Numbered from the whole stretch's first letter, positions 36,113-50,602 are shown. The stretch is 63,695 nucleotides of DNA, filler included, from Chiloscyllium plagiosum (GCF_004010195.1; 3 parts of one record of this genome joined end to end with filler, not necessarily neighbours in it), one strand, 5' to 3'. Notes: generated by a model not told the origin, from the sequence alone. Made by a program: numbers and translations.

Positions 36113-37554
36113 ATTGCCTAACGCTAGCATCCTTGATTAAAAAGGTTAAAATATTCAGAAATAAACAGCACATGGATTGAGAAGGAAAATGTGTTAAAAG
36201 GAATAGATTCAAATCAAATTGGGTACAGGCACGCAAAAAATGTGACAGTCAGCAAAATCAGACTAAGTAAAAGAGAGGACAGAAAGGAAAAGGAAGACAA
36301 ATGGAATTTTGAAACTTGATATATTTTAATACAACAACAATTCACAACCTGAGTGAGTGAAACTCAACACTTTCATATGGACAATTTCTGGATTTGATTT
36401 TTATGAATTAGCAATTATTATATCTTTAAAAGTGTACTGATGCTCGTAATTCTAGGCTTACGTTTTGATAGTACTCTTAATTCCCTTCCATTTTTGAATT
36501 CAGTTGAAAGAAATATTGGATTCTTAATGCAATATGACAATTTCCTGAAACTCATGGGAAACTGACATTTTTCATAAGGCCCACAATGGTGTGTAAGCCA
36601 TATTGTCATTTGCAACTCACAGGGTATGTCTTCCAGTCACAAATTCCTGGCTAATTTACATATGATTGTGCAACAATTTGCACACGTATGTGTCCTTCAG
36701 ACGTCAGGATGCTTCCAGTAAATTCTAGGGCATATTGCATTACTGACCATGAGCCATAAAAATTACTTTGACAGAGGAAATCATACCATTTACTCCATTT
36801 TTGAAAGGAATAGTTGATACTTAATGCAATAATCATTTTTGCTACAGCAAAAACAAATTGCAGGAGAAACCCAGCAGATCTGATGTTATCTGTGAAGAGA
36901 AAACAGAGTTGATGATTTGAGCACAGTGCAGTTCTGAAGAAAGGTCATTAGACTTGAATTCTGACAGGTAGTGGTGGGGTACCAGTGCAGCATTCGGGCT
37001 TAAACCCAGGGGCCATCTGTTTCCATTTATTGTTTCTTTCTTTTCCTTTCTTCTTTTACTTTTACTTGAACTAATTACACAGAGGCTGATATCCCGTCAC
37101 CAAATCACCTTTTATTTACATGTGCACAATACATATGCCATCTCCACCCGGCCATCGCTCCAATCACTACCTTTTTCTTTTTGCATTTTATGGTGTCTTC
37201 AGTGGGGCTTTCATGAGAATGGTAACAGAATGGATGCAACGAATCAAGGGTGGTATGGTCCAGGATTTGGCAACTCCTTCTGTGTAGGTTTGCGCATTCT
37301 CCCCGTGTCTGCCTGGGTTTCCTCAGGTGCTCCGGTTTCCTCCCACAGTCAAAAGATATGCAGGTTCGATGGATTGGCCATGCTAAATTACCCATGGTGT
37401 CCAGGGATGTGCAGATGAGGTGGGTTAACCATGGGAAATGCAGGGTGACAGGGATAGGGTAGGGAGGTGCATCTGGGTATGCTGCTGTTCGGATGGTCGG
37501 TATGGATTCGATGGGCAAAATGGCCTGCTTCCTCACTGCAGGAATTCAATGGTT

Positions 37555-38350
37555 CTGACATTCCTCACTTCCACTCTCCTGCCTTTTCCCCATAACCCAT
37601 GATTCCCTTACTGATTAACAATCTGTCTATCTCAGCCTTGAATGGATTTAATGACCTATCCTCCATTGCCCCCGGCTAAAGAATTACACAGATTCTCTAC
37701 CCTCTGAGGAAAGAAATTCATCCTCATCTCTATCTCAAATAGATGACCCCTATTCTCTGAAATGATGCCCTCTGGTTCAAGACTCTCCCACAAGGGGAAA
37801 CAATCTCTTTGCATCTAACCTGTCAAGCCCCCTAAGAATCTTGTGTGTTTCAATAAGGTCCCTTCATTCTTCTACATTCCATTGAGCACAGGAGCAATTT
37901 CCTCAACCTCTCCTCATAAAAGAGACCTTCTTACCAACTATCAACCTAGTGAACTTCTCTGGACTTAGATAAGCAGCCCAAAAATGTTCACATACCTCAG
38001 CTGTGGTCTGACTATTGGCTGTATAGGTAAAAACAAGGACTGCAAATACTGGAAACCAAAGTCTAGATTAGAGTGGTGCTGGAAAAGCACAGTAGGTCAG
38101 GTAGCATCTGGGGAGCAGGAAAATTGACATTTCGGGCAAGAACTCTTCATCAGAATAGAGCTCTATTCCTGATGAAGGGCTTTTGCCCGAAACATCGATT
38201 TTCCTGCTCCTCGGATGCTGCCTGGCCTGCTATGCTTTTCCAGTACCATTCTAATCTAGATTATTGTCTATAGGGTTTTACCAAAGCCTCCCTATTTTTA
38301 TGCTCGATTCACTTTGAAATAAAGACCAACAATCCAATTGCTTCCCGTGT
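37555..38350 (-). mobile_element. CR1 LINE fragment with a nested Penelope-like hairpin (about 38028-38262)
   Basis: CR1 3' sequence; the hairpin contains CTGATGAAGGGCTTTTGCCCGAAAC. Confidence 0.75.
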
Positions 38351-40489
38351 TACTCATTGGATACTGGCTTGAGATGGTGTTTGATAATAGAATCCAAATA
38401 TTTACCTCTATTGTTTACCAGCCCCCAGAATCTTGAGCAATCATACCAGACTTTGGTATTTTTAAAATTGAATTCACGTGGCCACTACTGTCCAATCAAC
38501 AGTTATTGACCATCCCCAATTGTCCCTGGGATTAATATCATTATTTGGAGGCAGTTTACAGTGATAGAGGAAAAATATATATCCCACTCATGGTAAACTG
38601 AACAGAGCTTGGTAGCTATAATGTGTAATTAAATGTTCATAACCATAGCTTAGCAAGAACAAAATTGAAATACAGAGATCACAAAGATACATTGCTATCA
38701 GTTATGGACACATAATGCAGCTGGAAGTACATCTGTAGACCAAAACCTATTCTGGTCTCCCTTTGCTGCATCCTCAGTCTCCTAGTTTTTGCTAGCCCAA
38801 TCGCAACATTAGATGCCCTGCTCTCACACAAACATGTCAGACAATATTCCCCAACCCCTTCCTACAGTTGTTATTTGTAGAAAGAAAGAAGCTCCTTTCT
38901 GTGCCACTGAGCAATTGAAAGCTTCATAATTGGCTGGGGCATCTAAGGCTTGGGCTAGATATATTCATTCAACCAGAGAAAGCTGGTATCTGGTGTATAA
39001 GGGGTCAACAGCTACGGTGCCAGTTGTTAGAGCACACCAACAGTGATGTCGAATGATGACAGTCCACAGGTACTTAGAAGGTGAGTGAAGAAGATTTTAA
39101 TGGAGTCCTACTGAAGTTTTTCCCTGTAAGTTGTGTTCGCTAACTCAGACTACTGTAGTTTCTTCTAATGCAGGGAAACTGTAGTTTCTTCTAACCAGTC
39201 ATGATAATGATTCTGTTTTACAAAATGTACAGTACAGAAGAAGGCTATTCAGCCCACCAAAACCTAATATGAGAGCGAGCATTTACTTGAATCTTTAAGA
39301 ACTCAGGGATGTTTGGGTATAATTTCAACATGGCAACCTCAATGTTGTGTTCAGTTACTGATTGTAAGTGTGAATACTTGCAACAAAAGCAAAGTACCTC
39401 ATTGTCTATAAAGCATTTTGTAGTAACATGAGACTGCGAAAAGCACATTTTAAAATGCAGATTTTTGTTTTGCGTGTCAGTAGTGCATATTCTCATTGAT
39501 GATAACCCAACAAGTCATCTTCAGCATTTATGTGGGACACTTTCACTGAATCACTTGGTTTATAAATGTAGCTCCTGCAGCCATTGTAATTTCACACTTG
39601 TCTTTCGAGACCACGGAAATGCATTAACTGCTACAGTACCAGTAAGACTGCAGCACAATTTCATCCCTGAATTAGCCCGATCTTGCTGATGTTTGTTTGA
39701 TATACCCAGTTTTGAAATTGAATCTTAAAAGGGATTTAGTCTATTGCTACATTGCAGTTCAATGTCATTGTTCTAAGTGACCATGAATGGAGCTGTAAGA
39801 TAGAGTCACTTTTACTGACCAACTCCTGGCAGAGATGAAAGAATTTAGTTTAACTCTAATAAAGTATAACCAGTCTCCTGTGAAACAGATAGATTTCAGG
39901 ACGAGTGAGGATCGACCAGCAGAGTCCCAGGGCTGCATGTGTTCCTACCTTTGGGCTCACTCACAAAGTTCACTATTCCCAGATGTTCTTGCTATCTTTA
40001 GTGCTCAACTTTAAACAGATCTTAGAATCCTTACAGTGTGGAAACAAGCCCTCTGACCCAACAAGTCCACACCGACCCTCTGAAGAATATCTTACCCAAA
40101 CCCATTTCTGTACATTTACCCCTGACTAATGCACGTAGCCTATACATCACTGAACACTACAGGCAATTTAGTGTTGCCAATTTATTTAACTTGCACACCT
40201 TTGGATTGTGGGAGGAAACTGGCACACCTGGAGGAAACCCATACAGACATAGGGAGAACATACAAACTCCACAAGACAGTTGCCCGAGGCTGGAATCGAA
40301 TCTGGGTCCCTGACTCTGTGAGGCAGCAGTGCTATCCACTGAGCCGCCATGCCGCCACTCACTTACAAATATTTACAAACAATTTTTCTTTCCTGAAACA
40401 TATGAACCAAGGCTGCTGTCCTTTTCATATGTTCTAGGAGTAAACTAGAAGAATGTCCAATGTCCTATACATTCTTCAATGGTTGGGAC

Positions 40490-40880
40490 TGTGATGTGCT
40501 TGAGACATCCCAACTCTCCCAGCAGTGGTCTGAAGATTCAAGGCAAACATGTTAAAGGCCTTCTTATCCAACCTGTCTACCTGTGATGCAAATTTCAAAG
40601 GATTATGTACCTGAACCCCTAGGTCTCTCTGTTCTACAACACTACCCAGGGTCCTACCATCCCGAAACGTCGATTTCAAAGCTCCTTGGATGCTGCCTGA
40701 ACTGCAGTGCTCTTCCAGCACCACTAATCCAGAATTTGGTTTCCAGCATCTGCAGTCATTGTTTTTTCCTACCATTAACTGTATACGTCCTGCCTTTGTT
40801 TGTTTTACCAAAATGCAATGTCTTGCATTTATCAAAATTAAACTCCACCTGCCACTCCTCAGCCCATTGACCGAATTGAT
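40490..40880 (-). mobile_element. CR1 fragment with a Penelope-like insert (tcctaccat duplicated on both sides)
   Basis: LGSVVEQRDLGVQVH motif split by the insert. Confidence 0.75.
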
Positions 40881-41308
40881 CATGATCTCTTTCCCAAAAT
40901 CGTTTCAATTCGAGCATCAAGTCAATTCAGCTTTCCAACTACACTGAAGCCATTACACAGTGCACAGTGTAAGCATCCAATAGTATTGAAGTATTGAAAA
41001 ACAGCCAGGAAGTAAAATGGACTGATTGTCCTCCTAGGCGAAATAAATTTTACAGAAAACAAAACAGTTAGTTAATTGGTAGTATAGAACTTTACTTTTG
41101 CTGAAAAACAGCTGATCTTAGGTTTTCATCATGCACTCCTCAGGCAATTCATAAGAAATATTAATGTAAAGGGAAAACAGTATTTAATAGTGTATGAGAA
41201 GAGAGGGCTGATTGGTTGGCAAGTCAATTCAGATTAGTAGACATATTACTATCGGGAATGTGTCAGGTAAATCATGACTCACTATTAACTGCTAAGTTTG
41301 GTTTAAAT

Positions 41309-41950
41309 TGTGACGATGCTGCTCCTTTAACAAGGTTATGTTGTCCTTGCGGTTTTTTTCAGAGTGGTCGTAAAAGATTCAGACTCTGAACAGCCTGGGG
41401 TTGAAGGGTTTTAGGGTCAATTTGATTACAACTAACAGATACTGCCTCAGGCAAAAGGCATTGAAATTTTGAAAAAAAACTTGCGCAATGAAAGGGGAGT
41501 GGCCAGTTCTTGCAGCTCAGCTTTCCTTTGGCCTGCCTATACACTGAAAGCAGTTAGGCAGCTGAAAAAAACTGCTCGATCCAAAGAAGCAGGTCCAGGC
41601 TGGTACTCTCTCTCTCTGACGTCTCTCCTGTAAGACTCTGTGCTTGATTTTACCTTCTGCGTCAAGAGGAGTTTATGGGAATTGTTGCAAGGATTTGGAA
41701 CAGCATCATTAAGTTGGGATAATCTGTTGGGTTTTCAGATAGGTTAAGTTATTCTGTATTCTGATTTCTTTTGTTTGTGTTTCATTCGGTAACCTTGCAA
41801 ATAAATTCTGTTTTGTTTAAAACTAAGTGGGTTGACCAATTGCATCGCTCCTGGAAAATCCACATTATACCTGCTTAAAACAAAGAGCAAAGTTAGTGTC
41901 TGGGTTACTTCCTTGAAATGCATTGAGGGGGTCTGGCCTGATCCATAATA
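41309..41950 (+). mobile_element. Solo LTR with 4-bp target-site duplication
   Basis: TGTGAC start and ...ataata end (CA to TA); AAAT on both sides; internal AATAAA. Confidence 0.7.
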
Positions 41951-42234
41951 AAATGTAAATGACCAGGTTGATTTTGATTGATCAAGTCTTTGCCTTGAGG
42001 AGTAGAACAAGGAATGGCTATTGTCCAGTTTGCTATGTTGAAATAGACACACGTCAGTAAATGTTCTTTCTGTCTGCAATGAACATAGCCCTGTGCATTA
42101 ATATTTTTAACTTCCTGGGCAGGTTATTATGCACATGGAGAGCCTGCCTGACCATCGTAAATTTGCTGTTTGTGAATTACTTACCAATATTTTGATTTGT
42201 TCATTGGATGTGGACATCACTGATGAGGTCAGCA

Positions 42235-43065
42235 CTGGGCTGAGGAGTGGCAGATGGAGTTTAATTTAGATAAATGTGAGGTGCTGCCTTTTGGAAAGGC
42301 AAATCAGGGCAGGACTTATACGCTTAATGGTAAGGTCCTGGGGAGTGTTGTTCAACAAAGACACCTTAGACTGCAGGCTCATAGTTCCTTGAAAATGGAG
42401 TCGCAGGTAGATAGGATAGTGAAGAATGTGTTTGGTGTGCTTTTCTTTGTTGGACAGTGCATTGACAATAGGAGTTGGGAGGTCATGTTGTGGCTGTACA
42501 GGACATTGGTTAGGCCACTTTTGGAATTCTGCATGCAATTCTGGTCTCCCTGATATAGGAAGGATGTTGTGAAATGTGAAAGGATTCAGAGATAGTTTAT
42601 CAGGATGTTGCTAGAATTGGAGGGTTTGAGCTATAGGGAAAGGCTGAATGGGTTGGAGCTATTTTCCCTGGAGTATCGGAGGCTGAGGGGTGACCTTATA
42701 GATGTTTATAATAGTATAAAGGGCTTGGATAGGAAAAATAGGCAAGGTCTTTTCCCTGAGGTGGGGTGTCCAGAACTAGACGGCATAGGTTTAGGGTGAG
42801 AGGGGAAAGATATAAAAGAGACCTAAGGGGCAACTTTTTCACGCAGATTGTGATGCGTGTATGGAATGAGCTGTCAGAGGAAGTGGTGGAGGCTGGTACA
42901 ATTAAAACATTTAAAAGGTATATGGGTGGTATATGAATAGGAAGGACTTAGAGGGATATGGGCCAAATGCTGGCAAATGGCACTAGATTTAAAAAGGATG
43001 TCTGATCGGCATGGACAAGTTGGACCAAAGAGTCTGTTTCCATGCTGTTTATCTCTATGACTCTA
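42235..43065 (+). mobile_element. CR1-clade (HER1-like) LINE 3' portion
   Basis: MEFNLDKCEV...LYRTLVRPLLEFC; ctctatgactcta tail. Confidence 0.9.
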
Positions 43066-43639
43066 AGGTGCTGGTGAGGTGCCTACTTAAACCATCGCAG
43101 TCCTTTAGGTTCAGGGACATTGCAATTAGCAAGAAAGAGCTAGGATTCTGACCTGAAAGAATGGCAGTATATTTCCATGTCAAGACGTTGAGTAGCTTGG
43201 AGGGGAACTTGCAGGTAGTGGCATTCCCATGTATCTGCTCTCTTTGTTCTTTTAGATGGTAGAAGTTGTGGTTTGGAAAGCACTGTTGGAGGAGCTATAG
43301 TGAGTTTCAGTAGTTTATCTATGTAGACGTTAAACATTGCTTCCACTGTACACCAGTGATGAAGGGAGCCCATGTTGAAGATTGTAGATGTGTTGCCAGT
43401 CAAACGAAATGCTTTGACAAGGATGGTGTCGATCTTGAGTGTTGATGGATCTGCATGCTTCTTAGCATACCTTATGTCCTCTCCTGGGTTTAAATCAAGG
43501 TGTGCCATAGTTCTCAAGAATTCATTTGATTCTCCTGAGTATTTACGTAGCACTACAAGTGGATTAGTTAGCTTAGCTGGGTAGCTTCCAATGCAGCATT
43601 AATCTCAACAGCATGAGTTCAATTCCCACACGGGCTGAA

Positions 43640-45860
43640 AATCACAGCACCAGGTTATAGTCCAACAGGTTTAATTGGAAGCACACTAGCTTTCAAAGCG
43701 CCGCTCCTTCATCAGGTGGTTGTGGAGGACACAACTGTAAGGCACAGAATTTATAGCAAAAAGTTACAGTGTGATGTCACTGAAATTATACATTGAAAAA
43801 TACCTTGATTGTCTGTTGAGTCTTTCATCTGTTCGAATACCATGATAATTTCACTTCTTTCATGTGTAAATCACAAAACTTTTTTTTAAAATTACATTCT
43901 CAGGTTAACTATAACATTTGGTGTTAGCTAGACAATATGTTGAAGGTTTTTTAGATTAGATTACTTACAGTGTGGAAACAGGCCCTTCGGCACATCAAGT
44001 CCACACCGACCTGCCGAAGCGCAACCCACCCAGATCCATTCCCCTACATCTAACACTACAGGCAATTTAGCACATTTAACACCCAACCTGCACATTTTTG
44101 GACTGTGGGAGGAAACCAGAGCACCCGGTGGAAACCCACGCAGACACAGGGAGAATGTGCAAACTCCACACAGTCAGTCGCCTGAGGCAGGAATTGAACC
44201 CAGGTCTCTGGCGCTGTGAGGCAGCCGTGCTAAACCACTGTGCCACCGTGTCACCTGTGTTCTCCATCTATGCCATGATGTTTAGACTGATTCTAATCTA
44301 AAAAGTGAGATAACAGAGTGAATTCATGCAGTTTTGGAGCAAAGTACAATGTAAAGCTACAAGTACAAATTCACCCCACAAAATATATGTACATGTGAGT
44401 GTGTGTGAGTCTGTCTGGGTTGGGGGGTTATGAGTGTGAGAGAGAGTGTATATATGTGTGTATGTGAATGTAGAGTGTCTTAAGTCTATGAGGGAGTGCA
44501 TGTGTGAGTGTGGGTGGGTGCGTGTGTCTGGGGTGGGGGTTTGTGAGTGTCTGTGAGAGAGGGCGTATACGTGTGTGTGTGAGTGTAGAGTGGTCTAAGT
44601 CTCTGAGAGAATGCATGTGTGGGAGTGTGTGTCTGTAAGGGTGTGTGTGAGTGTCTGTGTGCATGTCTGTGTATATGTGTGTCCGTGTGTATGTTTGTGT
44701 ATAGGAGTGCATGTATGTGTCTGTGTCTGTGTTTAGGAGTGTCTGTGTGTGTGCATAGTACAATGGTGATCACCTGTAGTGTGACATGAACCTCAGTTGA
44801 GGCCCTCCTTATGGGTATGGAACTTAGTGGCCTCTGCTTGGCCACTTTTCGCTGCTGCCTGTCCCAAAGTCCACCTTGGAGGATGGTCACCCGAAGGTCC
44901 GAGGTCGAATGTCCTGGACCACTGAAGTGTTCCCCAACTGGGAGGGAACACTCCTGTCTGTTGATTGTTGTGCGGTGCCCATTCATCCATTGCGGTAGCC
45001 TTTGCTCGGTTTCCCCAATGTACCATGCCTCAGGGCATCCCTGCCTGCAACGTATAAGATAGACAATGTTGGCTGAATCACATGAGTACCTGCCAAGTAC
45101 ATGGTGGGAGGTGTCCCCACGTGTAATTGTGGTATCCATGTCCACATTTTGACACATCTTGCAGAGCCTACCATGACAGGGTTGTATGGAGTTGTCCTGA
45201 AAGCCGGGCAGATTGCTACAAACAATGATCTGTTTGAGGTTTGGCGATTGTTTAAAGGCAAGCAGTGGAGGTGTGGGGAAGGTCTTGGCGAGGTGCTCAT
45301 CCTAATCGCTAATACATTGCAGGTTGTGAAGAACATGTCGTAGTTTTGCAGCTCCTGGGAAGTACTGGACAACGAAGGGTACCTGTCGGTTGCAGCACGT
45401 GTCTGTCTCCTGAGGAGGTCATTACGGTTCATCGCTGTGGCATGTGGAACTGACGGTCGATGAGTTGAGCATTGTACACCGCTCTTATGAGGACATCCCT
45501 GAGTACTTCCAGGTGCCCGTCACATTCCTCCCCATCTGAGCAAATCCAGTGTATGCGTAGGGCTTGTCCATAGGGGATGGCTGTCTTAATATGTTTGGGT
45601 GGAAGCTGGAGAAGTGTAGCATTGTGAGGTTATCTGTGGGTTTGCGGAAGAGTGTGGTGCTGAGGTGTCCATCCTTGATGGAGATGCATATGTCCAAGAA
45701 TGAGACAGACAGTCGAGAGTAGTCCATGGTGAGTTTGATGGAGGGATGAAACTTGTTGATATCACTGTGTAGTTTTATCAGTGACTCCTTGCCATGGGTC
45801 CAGAGAAAGAAAATGTTGTCAATGTACCTAGTGTACAATGTTGGTTGGAGATCCTCTGCA
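43640..45860 (-). mobile_element. Penelope-like element (family 2): RT C-terminus, GIY-YIG and terminal repeat, with a nested SINE and simple repeat
   Basis: RYIDNIFFLW..., VSFLD and CDSANIVYLIRCRQGCPEAWYIGETEQRL; frameshifted. Confidence 0.9.
43684..43718 (-). ncRNA. Minimal hammerhead ribozyme motif (family 2)
   Basis: Minus strand reads cac-CTGATGA-A-GGAGC-ggc-GCTTT-GAAAGCTA-gtg, with an AGCT palindrome and 3-bp stem I. Confidence 0.6.
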
Positions 45861-48534
45861 TCTTCTCAAGGATCTTCACATCCTTTCTAACCAGAACTAG
45901 GAGCAAACCTTGAACCTAACCAGACTTTTAAATATAACCTGCATTTTATCACCTGCTAATCAGTCTCATCATTTCCGAATACAAAACCAGTCTTGCAGCA
46001 TATCATTATATAATACAGCATCAAGTTGCTTCTCAAATGAATCTAGTGTTTTGATCTTACTCATTGTTTCTGGCAACGTGCTCCAGCAATCACTCACAGT
46101 TGATCTGATGACTGGCAATTCTAGAATGTTCTTTCAGAAACTTTCATTGCTGAAGAACTGAAGCATTTATGAGCACTGAGTACCAACTAATAAACCACTT
46201 AGCAAATCAGCACTGACTCCCTTCAATAGCCAGTAATGCTAATGGTTCAAGATAATGAACAGCATTTACATACTATGGACTCCTAGGTATAAATTTGAGG
46301 AAATGTAAAACAGATTAAGGTTTTATTCATTGTTAATCAATCGATTTATACATTTTAAGACTCCAGGGCAGGTGGGAATTGAACCGAGATCCACATTATC
46401 ACTGCACTGTTTCATTTCCTACTAGGGCTAATAAGTAATACGATCAAAGTATTAAAGATACTAAGGTGACTTGGTGACTCTAGGACCAGACAGCTTAGTA
46501 TGAAAACTATAGCCAGACTGTTCAGGAGTGAAATCAGGAAATGGTCCTACACGAAAGTATAATAAAAACTAATTGGACTTCTGTTCCACAAATGGCATTG
46601 ATTCCAGATTGATTATTAATGTTCCAAAAAGGACTAATTGTTTTGTCTTCGGATTGGCCAAGGTTCTTAAGGAACTATGGAGAAAAGGTAGATATCTGGA
46701 GTTAGATCACAGAACAGCTATGATCTTATTGAATGGTGGAACAGGGTTGAGGTACGAAACAGCTTATTTTCTTCATCCTGTTCCATTGTTATTACAACTG
46801 GGTTATGCCCAATAGAACATTGCCATTTGCTGAATTTGAAAAATTTCCAACGCTGACTCTGAGCGTAGGAACATTTTTGGGCAACATGATATAACCCTCC
46901 TCTTTTTTTCATTATGCATTCACAGGAGGAGAGCATCAATGGCTAGGTAGCATTTATTGCCCATCCCTAATTGTCCAGAGGGCAGTTAAGAGTCTACCAC
47001 ATTGCTGTGGATCTGCAGTCACATGTAGGACAGACCAGGGAGGGATAGCAGTTTCCTTCCTGAAAGAGCATTAGTGAACCAGATGGATGTTTCCGACAAT
47101 AGATTCATGATCACCATTAGACTCTTAATTCCACATTTTCTTTTACTGAATTCAAATTCCACCGTCTACTGTGGCAGAACATTATCTGGGTCTCTCGACT
47201 AACAGTTCAGCAATACTACCACTAGGCCATCACCTCCTTTTGTTAATCTAGCACCATCATTAACTTCTCTCCTTAGCCACCATTGAACCACTTCTCCTTT
47301 GGACTTAGAAGCATTGCAAATTCTGTATTCATTTCTTAAATGTTTCCCTTTGGTTATCTACTAGAAAACCTTTTATTTTTTTTTAATCTACCTTATACAA
47401 TAACCCCTCAAAATTTCTTCATTCAGGAATAACATCTTAGTTCCATACTTAATTAAACCACGTCCACATTCAAAATAATATTCTACCATTTTATGATCTT
47501 TCTTCTCAAGAGGTGCTTTCAGCATAAAGTAACTCATTAACCAAACCTTGCCTCATTTCACAGTCCTAGCTTTAACATATCATTTTCTTTCCTTGGGTCC
47601 TTTACATAATAATCAAAAAAAAGTCTTGATTGCATTTTACAAATTTCAAGATGTTATTGTAGATTTGCTTTGCCTAGTTAATTTAAGATGAAGTTCTCTA
47701 AGATTACCTTTAATACATGCACCTCTAATTTACTGATTGTTAGTCTATCCTACATGACTACTGTAACTACCGCCAAGTTTCTTTTCTGCCTCTTGTTAGT
47801 TCCTAGCTTCACCAAACTGATCTCATTTTTCCAAGTTGAGACATTTTCTCTCTTCTGCTTTCATTGTTGCTTTCACTCTCAGGGCAGATATTCCTTGTTT
47901 TTTTTGCCCATTTTTGTAAGATTCAAATATCCTCGATTATTTAATTCTCAACCTCGATAAATTTATAACTGTTCTTCTGTCATGGTTATTAGATGATTAC
48001 TTACAGTGTGGAAACAGGCCCTTCAGCCCAACAAGTCCACACCGACCATCTGAAGAGCAATCCACCCAGACCTATTCCCCTACATTTACCTCTTCACCTA
48101 ATACTATGGGAAATTTAGCATAGCCAGTCCACCTAACCTGCACATTTTTGGACTGTGGGAGGAAACCCATTCAGACACAGGGAGAATGTGCAAACTCCAC
48201 ACAGGCAGTTGCCTGAGGTGGGAATTGAACCCGGGACTCTGGCGCTGTGAGACAGTAGTGCTAACCTCTGTGCCACTGTGTCACCCAGATGAGACATATT
48301 AATTTCTGCTGTACTGTTAATTTATCTATTTTGTTGTAAATTCTTTGCTCATTCATAAACAGATATATAGTTTTTTTTCTATTTGCCCTGATGTTGTGCT
48401 AGTTACTAAACTCTTTACCTTTGTTAAGTTCCCTCTTACTATCTGATCCACCATCAGGAAAAGGAATGGGAATAGACCATTCGGTCCATGAGCCTGCTCC
48501 ATATATTTTAGTTTTACCTCAATGTTTATTGAAT

Positions 48535-48945
48535 ACATAGTGTCATAGAGCACTGAAACAGACCCTTCAGTCCAACCACTTCATGCCAACCATAATTCCA
48601 AACTAAACTGCCTGTGCTTGATCCATATCCCTTAAAATATTTCTTATCCATGTATTAATCTACATTTCTTTTAAACATTGTAACTGTACCCGCATCCACC
48701 ATTGCCTCTGAACGTTCATTCCACACATGAACTATTCTCTGTGTAAAAAAATTGCACCTTATGTTTTTTTTAAAGCTTTCTCCTCTCATCTTAAAAATAT
48801 GCCCCTGAGTCTTGAAATCCCCCACCCTTGGGAAAAGACATCTGCCATTCACCTCATCTCTACCCCTCATTATTTTATAAATCTCGTTAAGGTCACTTCT
48901 CAACCTGCTACACTCCAATGAAAAAAGTCTCAGCCTGTGCAGTCT
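48535..48945 (-). mobile_element. CR1 LINE 3' end
   Basis: RLRSDLNEIYKIMRG...FFTQRIVHVWN. Confidence 0.85.
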
Positions 48946-50602
48946 CTCTCTCTCTCTCTCTTTGTAAATGTATGAGGTGAATATGCACAGAAGGTATCAG
49001 ATATAGATGGCGATGAGTTCCACTAGCAAACCCGAAGAAGGGTTATACTCGAAACGTCAACCTCTGCACCTCCTGATGCTGCCTGGCTTCTGCGTTCTTC
49101 CAGCCTCCTGCCTGTCTACTTTAAAATCAATCACTGTTGGTAGAGCACCACCAGGTAATCATGAACTCAAGCACCAGTCCATATTTCTTCTACTTCCCCC
49201 ATTGGCTCTGGTGTAATCATCGTCCATTGCCATTATGCCCTGATCAAAAAACGTTGGGAGCTGTATTTAAGGTCTAAAGCTGTTGAACACAGAGTTGGGG
49301 CCAGAAAATTTTAACATACATGGTAGTCGGATGAGTTTCAGTACATCAGACTTGCATTGAGCTTCATAAAGGAGAGAAAGAGGCTGTGATCAGAGACATA
49401 AGAGTGGGATGGAGAACTAAAGTTGCATTATAACTTTAAATACCAGGAGGTGGCATACCATGAAAGGAAAAACATGAACCTCTACTGATACACAGTAAGA
49501 TATCTTGTATATTTAGTGTCTGCCAGATAAATCTGGAGAATCTTGGGTAGATTGTTGTGGATCTGGAGTCACACAGGCCAGATCAAGATAAGGTTGGCAG
49601 ATCTTTTTTCCTTAAAGGACATTAAGTTAATCCAGATCTGTTTTTATGACAATTGACAGGGGGGTCCATGATCACCATTAGGCTAGCTGTCAATACTGGA
49701 TTTACTGAACGCAGATTTCACCAGTTGCACTGACAGGGCAGTACTGTGGCTCAGTGGTTAGCAGTGCTGCCTCACAGCACGAGGGACATGGGTTCAGTTC
49801 CACCCTTTAGTGACTGTGTGGAGTATGCACATTCTCCCTGTGTCTGTGTGGGCTTCTTGCGGGTACTCCAGTTTCCTCTCACAGTCCAATGATGTGCAGG
49901 TTAGGTGGATTGGCCATGCTAAATTGCCCATAGTGTCCAGAGATGTGTGGGTTAGCCATGGGGAATGCAGGGTTATTGGGGGGAGTGGGGGGTCTGGTTG
50001 GATGCTCTTTGGACTCAATGGGCTTCTATGATTCAAACCAAATATTCCCAGAATGTCAGCCTGGGATTGCTATCATTATGTCACTGCCTTCCTTTTAAAG
50101 TACGTATTGATGATTTGCACCTGTTTTGCTTAATTCCTCAGCTTTTTGTACCATTTTACGCTGAAAAAATAATGTCGCACTGATATTATGTTTTAAAGAA
50201 ATATTTTCAGTTGAATAAAAATGTGTCTTTTTCTTCAAAACCCTGTTTTAACCAAAACCAACAACAGAAATTGCTGGAAGGGCTCAGTGGTCCTGACATG
50301 ATCTGTGGAGTGAAATGAGAGTTACCATTTCCGGTCAAGTGACCCTACCAAGTGACTCAACCAAAACATTAACTCTCATTTCACTCCACAGATGTTGAGC
50401 TTTTCTAGCAATTTCTGTTATTGTTTCTGATTCACATCATCCACAGTACTTTCGGTTTTTATCCTGTTTTAATCAACTTTTGTTCTGTTTTCAATCTTTA
50501 TGTACTGAATAGTCAATTTATACTTTTTTCCCCAAATTTTCTTAATGGCAATCTTTTTTAAAAAATATTTTACTCGCATATTTTTCCCAATACTTCTGAA
50601 TA

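Noticed and set aside
38990..39080. TATA-like motif with ATG (MSNDDSPQVLR) and a GTGAGT donor, as the first exon of a second gene
   Set aside because: No downstream exons or recognisable product found.
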